From a virus, in IMG/VR virus record IMGVR_UViG_3300027747_003534, positions 32,001-96,000 of that record: DNA of 64,000 bases; one strand, written 5' to 3'. The first letter of the stretch is position 1. Every line of letters starts with the position of its first letter. This document shows, piece after piece, positions 59,574 to 64,000 of this stretch. The position numbers and the translations under genes were made by a program. The notes under the pieces were generated by a model. That model had not been told where the DNA came from. It made no database searches and saw only the letters and a program-made list of their open reading frames with translations.

Positions 59574-60526
59574 TTTTCAAACTTAAATCTAGATATTTCC
59601 TGCGGGCTTTGATATAATATTGCTAAGCATTTTATTTCTTCAAATTTATTTCCTATTTTTAGCCTGACCAGAACAGGAACTCTATTATTGCCTGTCCAAG
59701 ATCTATAAAAATGCACATATACAGTAAAAAAACCATTTGGAGCATATCCTTTGGGCCAGAATATATTTTCTACAGGGTTATTTACTAACATGCCACCATT
59801 AGCATTTCTATCCACATCTAACATACCATTAGATATTCTGCCAATTCTATTAGTCCAATTTATATTGTCTGTAGATCCATTTCCTGGAGTATATACAACA
59901 TGTAAATCTATATCATCTGTGGTATTCCACATTATAGATATTTGAACATCTCCAGTCTTAGCACCAGCGCCAGCCAGTCTTCTGCTAAATTCATCTCCAA
60001 TACCAGCATTATTTTCTGCTAATGAAGTATTTATTGAAGTTCTAATATTATCAATAAGATTATTTATATTACCAGAAGAATTTGTCTCTACAAAATCATC
60101 ATCATTTTTATCAGATCCAGGCCCCACAAAACTTAAAAGATCTTTTTCATGTATCTCTGGCTCTGCACTATTATTCTCACTAGTTTCTTCCAGATTAACA
60201 GACAAGTCAACTAAATTAGTAGATGTTATTTTATTGACGTCTATTTTCTCATATTCTTCAACTAAACTTACTTTTTCTTTAACTATCTCTATAGGATCTC
60301 TAATTTTGTCTAAAGAAACAATTTCATTATCATTATTCGAGGTGAAAGATAGTACTATCTTAATAGGCTTGGTTATGTTATCTGTACTAGTTATTAATGA
60401 TAGAATTAATAGTAAAATAGTATGATACAGTGTACTTTGCCACAGACCACACTCATAGCCATATATTATGCTTCGATTCCAACCCGTTATGTTTTTTCCG
60501 CATTGTTTTTTTGCCATTTGTGCCAA
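59570..60526 (-). CDS. Membrane-anchored YfaP/DUF2135-like protein
   Basis: N-terminal TM segment (LYHTILLLILSLI), acidic linker, then GDVQISIMWN..DDIDLHV...LDVD.N...PVENIFW...VYVHFY. Confidence 0.7.
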   Translation of the reverse strand: MAQMAKKQCGKNITGWNRSIIYGYECGLWQSTLYHTILLLILSLITSTDNITKPIKIVLSFTSNNDNEIVSLDKIRDPIEIVKEKVSLVEEYEKIDVNKITSTNLVDLSVNLEETSENNSAEPEIHEKDLLSFVGPGSDKNDDDFVETNSSGNINNLIDNIRTSINTSLAENNAGIGDEFSRRLAGAGAKTGDVQISIMWNTTDDIDLHVVYTPGNGSTDNINWTNRIGRISNGMLDVDRNANGGMLVNNPVENIFWPKGYAPNGFFTVYVHFYRSWTGNNRVPVLVRLKIGNKFEEIKCLAILYQSPQEISRFKFEN

Positions 60527-60819
60527 CCGTTATTTGGTAACCAATTATTTTCATCGTCTTTTCTTTTTGGGAAAAGTGTGCCACCCTTTTTATGCTGACC
60601 AAATGCCAGCACCGCACCACAATCATTGCATCTCAATTCATAGTAGTCATTACTATCAACATTTCTCACAATAAATCTTAAATTATCCTTTTTACATGAC
60701 CCGCATTTATCCTCAGAAAAAATTTCCTGTATTATAGCTAATTCTTTAAATACTTCTTTTTGTCCAGAGCCCTCTAATTCAAATTGAAGCTTATCACTAG
60801 CCTTGTATGTTATTTTCAT
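60487..60819 (-). CDS. Zn-ribbon protein
   Basis: CGSC...CNDCG; aromatic/basic C-terminus; adjacent to the annealing protein. Confidence 0.65.
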   Translation of the reverse strand: MKITYKASDKLQFELEGSGQKEVFKELAIIQEIFSEDKCGSCKKDNLRFIVRNVDSNDYYELRCNDCGAVLAFGQHKKGGTLFPKRKDDENNWLPNNGWHKWQKNNAEKT

Positions 60820-60822
60820 AAA

Positions 60823-61512
60823 TTATTTCCACTTATTATCATAGCCCATTAAATCTTGAGGAATGCTTGACATATCTTGTTGATAAGATGTCAATTGCTG
60901 AATTACTTTCACAGCATCCTCATGACTTATATTATATACGTTAGCTTCTGATACGTCAAGCGATTTTATTAAAGAAATCACATTAATATTTAGTCTTTGA
61001 GCAATTACATCAATAAAATTTACTTGATTGATACTGATCTTTGATACAGAATCGGAGTCTGGGTGGTCGTCTACATTTGCTGCTAACTCTTCTGCTGCTA
61101 CCACTTTACGAAGTTTTAATGCTCTTCTTAAGGCCCTACCCTCAGCCCTAGTCTCTGCAACAGCAACGGGATAATTACGATATATCTTATCACAATTGCC
61201 CCAAAAAACATCAGCAGCACCACTCACTGTAATACCAATATCGGTTTGATCTATAAGATAAACCAGAGTATGAACTACTGTTGCTCTTTTCTCATTATCT
61301 GGAGACGGAGACTGAACAACATCACTAGTGGATTGAATCATTCTGCAATTTAAAGCTTTTTCAAATATCCTACGTAATCCGTCTGTTGTTGGATTTCCTG
61401 CTATTTTTTCATCATCACAAAGCATACTCAAAACATGATCTGTCCACCCGGTATCGTTAGGTGATACAGGCTTCTGTTCTTCAGTTTCGGGAGTTTTCTT
61501 TTCCTTGACCAT
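60823..61512 (-). CDS. Putative single-strand annealing recombinase (Rad52/Sak/ERF-like)
   Basis: AVAETRAEGRALRRAL...AAEEL motif and a C-terminal helical domain; start set to the ATG at 61512, which has GAGGA 8 nt upstream. Confidence 0.6.
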   Translation of the reverse strand: MVKEKKTPETEEQKPVSPNDTGWTDHVLSMLCDDEKIAGNPTTDGLRRIFEKALNCRMIQSTSDVVQSPSPDNEKRATVVHTLVYLIDQTDIGITVSGAADVFWGNCDKIYRNYPVAVAETRAEGRALRRALKLRKVVAAEELAANVDDHPDSDSVSKISINQVNFIDVIAQRLNINVISLIKSLDVSEANVYNISHEDAVKVIQQLTSYQQDMSSIPQDLMGYDNKWK

Positions 61513-61513
61513 T

Positions 61514-62305
61514 TCAGTTGTCCTCAATTTCTATTAGTGTATGTTTTTTAAAAGTTTGATCTGTTATAATGATTAATAGTTTCTCATATATAGATAATGC
61601 TCTGGCTGTTGAAAAATCTTTTGTTTGCTTGATCCTAATTAAACTTAATCCCTTGCCTGTTAGTAGCCCATTTTTCTTTTCATCATACTTCTTATTTCTG
61701 TCTAAAGCTTCTTGGCCCCATATTGGAGAAAAATGAGAAGGACCATCAACCTCTATCGCTAGATTCATTGTAGGCAGGAACAGGTCTATTTGCAACTTGG
61801 TATTTGATAACATTTGCTCTTTGTGAAAATCAATTCTGTAACCATCTTGCAAGAGCTTATTGAGTAAAAATTTTTCTAACTTAGAACCAGTTTTACTACT
61901 AAGTCTAGCTGCTTCATTAGCTGATTTGAGTATTCCTGATTTTATCTCTTCATTCATTGTTTGCCAATTATCCCTGCTCTTATCTTTTCTTATTTTAAGT
62001 TCTTCTTCAGATAGCTCGTCCCATGATTGCATAACTCCTCGACCTATCTTTTCTTTAACTTCTGTTGGTCTACTTGTTCCCTTTGTTGGATGCTTATGCT
62101 TTCCTGTATTCAATGCATTTTTTTGAGCTTGGCTTTTATCTCTGATTTTTATATTAAATTTTTTTGCATCTCTTCTGAGCTTATTTGCATAAGTTCCATA
62201 TTTTTCTGCAATATCTTGGAAACTTAATTTTTTTTCTAAATATAAAGTATCTAATATATGTTTTTTTTGGGAATCATTTAAATTCTCATAATTTATTGAC
62301 GACAT
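61514..62305 (-). CDS. HTH + NUMOD3-like + DUF559/Vsr-like endonuclease
   Basis: LSFQDIAEKYG HTH; KGTSRPTEVKEKIG; SKLE...IDLFLP...AIEVDGPSHF...D.KKN..L...G..LIRI. Confidence 0.75.
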   Translation of the reverse strand: MSSINYENLNDSQKKHILDTLYLEKKLSFQDIAEKYGTYANKLRRDAKKFNIKIRDKSQAQKNALNTGKHKHPTKGTSRPTEVKEKIGRGVMQSWDELSEEELKIRKDKSRDNWQTMNEEIKSGILKSANEAARLSSKTGSKLEKFLLNKLLQDGYRIDFHKEQMLSNTKLQIDLFLPTMNLAIEVDGPSHFSPIWGQEALDRNKKYDEKKNGLLTGKGLSLIRIKQTKDFSTARALSIYEKLLIIITDQTFKKHTLIEIEDN

Positions 62306-62750
62306 TATTAATTTCCTTACCGTTGATTTGATCTAATAGATATAGTGGCTGTTTCCAACAAATCTCACATAAGTTATATGCATCTTTATTGTCTGTTATA
62401 ATTTCAATATTGTCTTTCATATAAATATTTTTCCAAAAAGAATACGGCAAAGCTAGCTTCTTGGACCATTCTGCTTCTGGAGTATATAAAATTTGCTTTT
62501 TGGGAGCTGGAAATGTTTGAGTCAACATTGCGCTACGAACATCAAATATAAATAATAAACCAGTAAAATATTTAGCCTGTTGTATATGCAAAGTATAATA
62601 TTTTTTTGTATCAATTTTAGCAAATTGATTATTAAAAAGAACTACATTATAGTAGGGATTTAATGAACAAAATTCATTTATGCTTTTTAAGATAGTATCT
62701 TGTTTTTCGTTATCTGACGCTATGTCCAAAAGGTAAAAGCCGATATCCAT
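62286..62750 (-). CDS. Hypothetical protein (possible glycosyltransferase-like Rossmann domain)
   Basis: Packed in the minus-strand operon; alpha/beta pattern; no catalytic motif seen. Confidence 0.4.
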   Translation of the reverse strand: MDIGFYLLDIASDNEKQDTILKSINEFCSLNPYYNVVLFNNQFAKIDTKKYYTLHIQQAKYFTGLLFIFDVRSAMLTQTFPAPKKQILYTPEAEWSKKLALPYSFWKNIYMKDNIEIITDNKDAYNLCEICWKQPLYLLDQINGKEINNVVNKL

Positions 62751-62762
62751 AGATTTAAATTC

Positions 62763-63530
62763 CTATAAAGTTGGTAAAAATATTTCTTTTACAAATGAGG
62801 AGTACGATTTATTTTCATAAACACTTTTTGATCTTAATAAATTATTGCTAATAATTTCTTGTATATTTTCTCCATTTTCTAGTATATCTATTCCACATAC
62901 GCTAGCTTCTAGAGAAAAACTATTATCTATATCTATCAATTTACTAAAGACATTTAATACTTTACAAGAATCTTCTGGAGTTAGCATCCCAACATTCTGC
63001 TCATTTTTAAATGTTGGAGAATTAAAAAGCACTAGCGGCAGATTAGTTTTTGGATATAAAACTTCAGATAATAAAGCATGATTTTTTTCATCATCTAACG
63101 ATAAATAAATAGCAATTTTATTATTTCTTGACTGATTTAAGTTTTTGTATATATCATCATCATATAATGATTCATAACTAATCCATTTTTCAGGAGTTTT
63201 CTCTGGAAACCATTCTATTTTTGAAACAACGGTAATGTTCGTAGAATTCCAAAAGTCAATAATCTTTGTATTAACTATAAGATTATTAGCAAAAATAAAT
63301 ATTCTGATTTTATTGTGATATTCTGTTATATAGTCGTGAAATTCTTGTGTATATTCACTAGAAGGAAATATAAGAATGTCAGGTTCAGCTTTATGGCTGG
63401 TGTCAAATAACACGCCATGAAGTGAGTTTCCTATTAGTTGAAATTTTTCATTATCATTATTTTTAACTAATGACCTAATAAAAGATTTGTAAGAGTTTTC
63501 GTCAGATAAATGCAATAATATTTTTTTCAT
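62763..63530 (-). CDS. Hypothetical protein (possible degenerate GT-B glycosyltransferase)
   Basis: MKKILL start, EPDILIF, YDDDIY, and EASVCG near the C-terminus resemble GT-B folds. Confidence 0.4.
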   Translation of the reverse strand: MKKILLHLSDENSYKSFIRSLVKNNDNEKFQLIGNSLHGVLFDTSHKAEPDILIFPSSEYTQEFHDYITEYHNKIRIFIFANNLIVNTKIIDFWNSTNITVVSKIEWFPEKTPEKWISYESLYDDDIYKNLNQSRNNKIAIYLSLDDEKNHALLSEVLYPKTNLPLVLFNSPTFKNEQNVGMLTPEDSCKVLNVFSKLIDIDNSFSLEASVCGIDILENGENIQEIISNNLLRSKSVYENKSYSSFVKEIFLPTL

Positions 63531-64000
63531 ATTAATTCTTTTATTTTGTTTTTGTCCTTTAGTCCAGTTATAGTTATAAACGAATCATTTGGAATAACAA
63601 TATTTTTATATTTTACAATCTTTGAACTGACGGATTTGTTAATGATTTCAAACAAGAACATATTTTCATAAAATAAATTAATGTTTTTTTTAAATTGAAC
63701 AATATCATTTTTGGATAAATAGACGACATTAAACCACGCAAATGGTCCAACATCATAGAAAATATAATCTACCGCACCGTCCGAATCTATCACAGAACCG
63801 ATATATTTATTCTTAACGTCATTTTTTTTAATTTTTCGATTCAGAACCCAAGAGCTTTTAAAAGACGAGGCTGGCGCGATTTCTACATCTTTGAGTAGTA
63901 CGCCGTGATCCATTATGAACAATCCATCATATTTTGTTTCGTCAAAATTTGATAATATTAATTGCATAGCATATCCGTGATTAGCCGTTTCAAATTTATC
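63527..64000 (-). CDS. Possible sugar/choline nucleotidyltransferase-like protein (5'-truncated)
   Basis: The frame is open to the window end (DKFETANHGYAMQL...LFIMDHGVLL), loosely resembling the C-terminal half of an NTP-transferase. Confidence 0.35.
   Translation of the reverse strand, partial: DKFETANHGYAMQLILSNFDETKYDGLFIMDHGVLLKDVEIAPASSFKSSWVLNRKIKKNDVKNKYIGSVIDSDGAVDYIFYDVGPFAWFNVVYLSKNDIVQFKKNINLFYENMFLFEIINKSVSSKIVKYKNIVIPNDSFITITGLKDKNKIKELI

Noticed and set aside
507-62227. Short antisense and alternate-frame ORFs in the track (e.g. 5692-5892, 17176-17400, 32011-32352, 53042-53428, 59751-59945)
   Set aside because: They are nested in long genes and look like shadow translations; several listed translations appear to mirror the opposite-strand gene.
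1-64000. Stop-codon reassignment
   Set aside because: The standard code gives dense, very long ORFs; TAG and TGA end genes at sensible junctions, including ATGA overlaps.
1-64000. tRNA, rRNA or IS elements
   Set aside because: Intergenic gaps are nearly all under 150 bp, and I saw no cloverleaf, rRNA or transposase signatures.

Overview
AT-rich fragment of a large tailed-phage genome, read in the standard genetic code. Positions 1-59573 (+) form a tightly packed virion morphogenesis region. It runs through Ig/FN3/LamG/collagen fibre and decoration proteins, putative neck and tail-completion genes, a major tail tube protein and two paralogous tail-assembly chaperones. It continues with a 7794-aa tape-measure protein (TMP), a beta-helix fibre, two paralogous Dit/hub-like proteins, a Tal/hub-like protein and Cys-rich tail-tip proteins. 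No sheath gene is visible, which suggests a non-contractile tail. Positions 59570-64000 (-) are a convergent block: a membrane-anchored YfaP/DUF2135-like protein, a Zn-ribbon protein, a single-strand annealing protein, an endonuclease and glycosyl/nucleotidyl-transferase-like genes. The main observation is the giant TMP, which looks like a modular cargo polyprotein. Its helical ruler segments are interleaved with enzyme-like cassettes (two ADP-ribosyltransferase domains, two PD-(D/E)xK nuclease-like domains, a HAD phosphatase, a minimal protein kinase, EF-hand and glycine-zipper domains, and several orphan domains). The cassettes are bracketed by paired [F/Y/L/K/R]xxGG motifs and by 11 copies of a GTDTVPAMLTPGEFVVN module resembling the C-terminal region of lambda gpH. 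I infer an effector-injection system that is packaged in the tail, possibly processed, and able to shuffle cassettes. All domain calls come from motifs read by eye; no searches were run.
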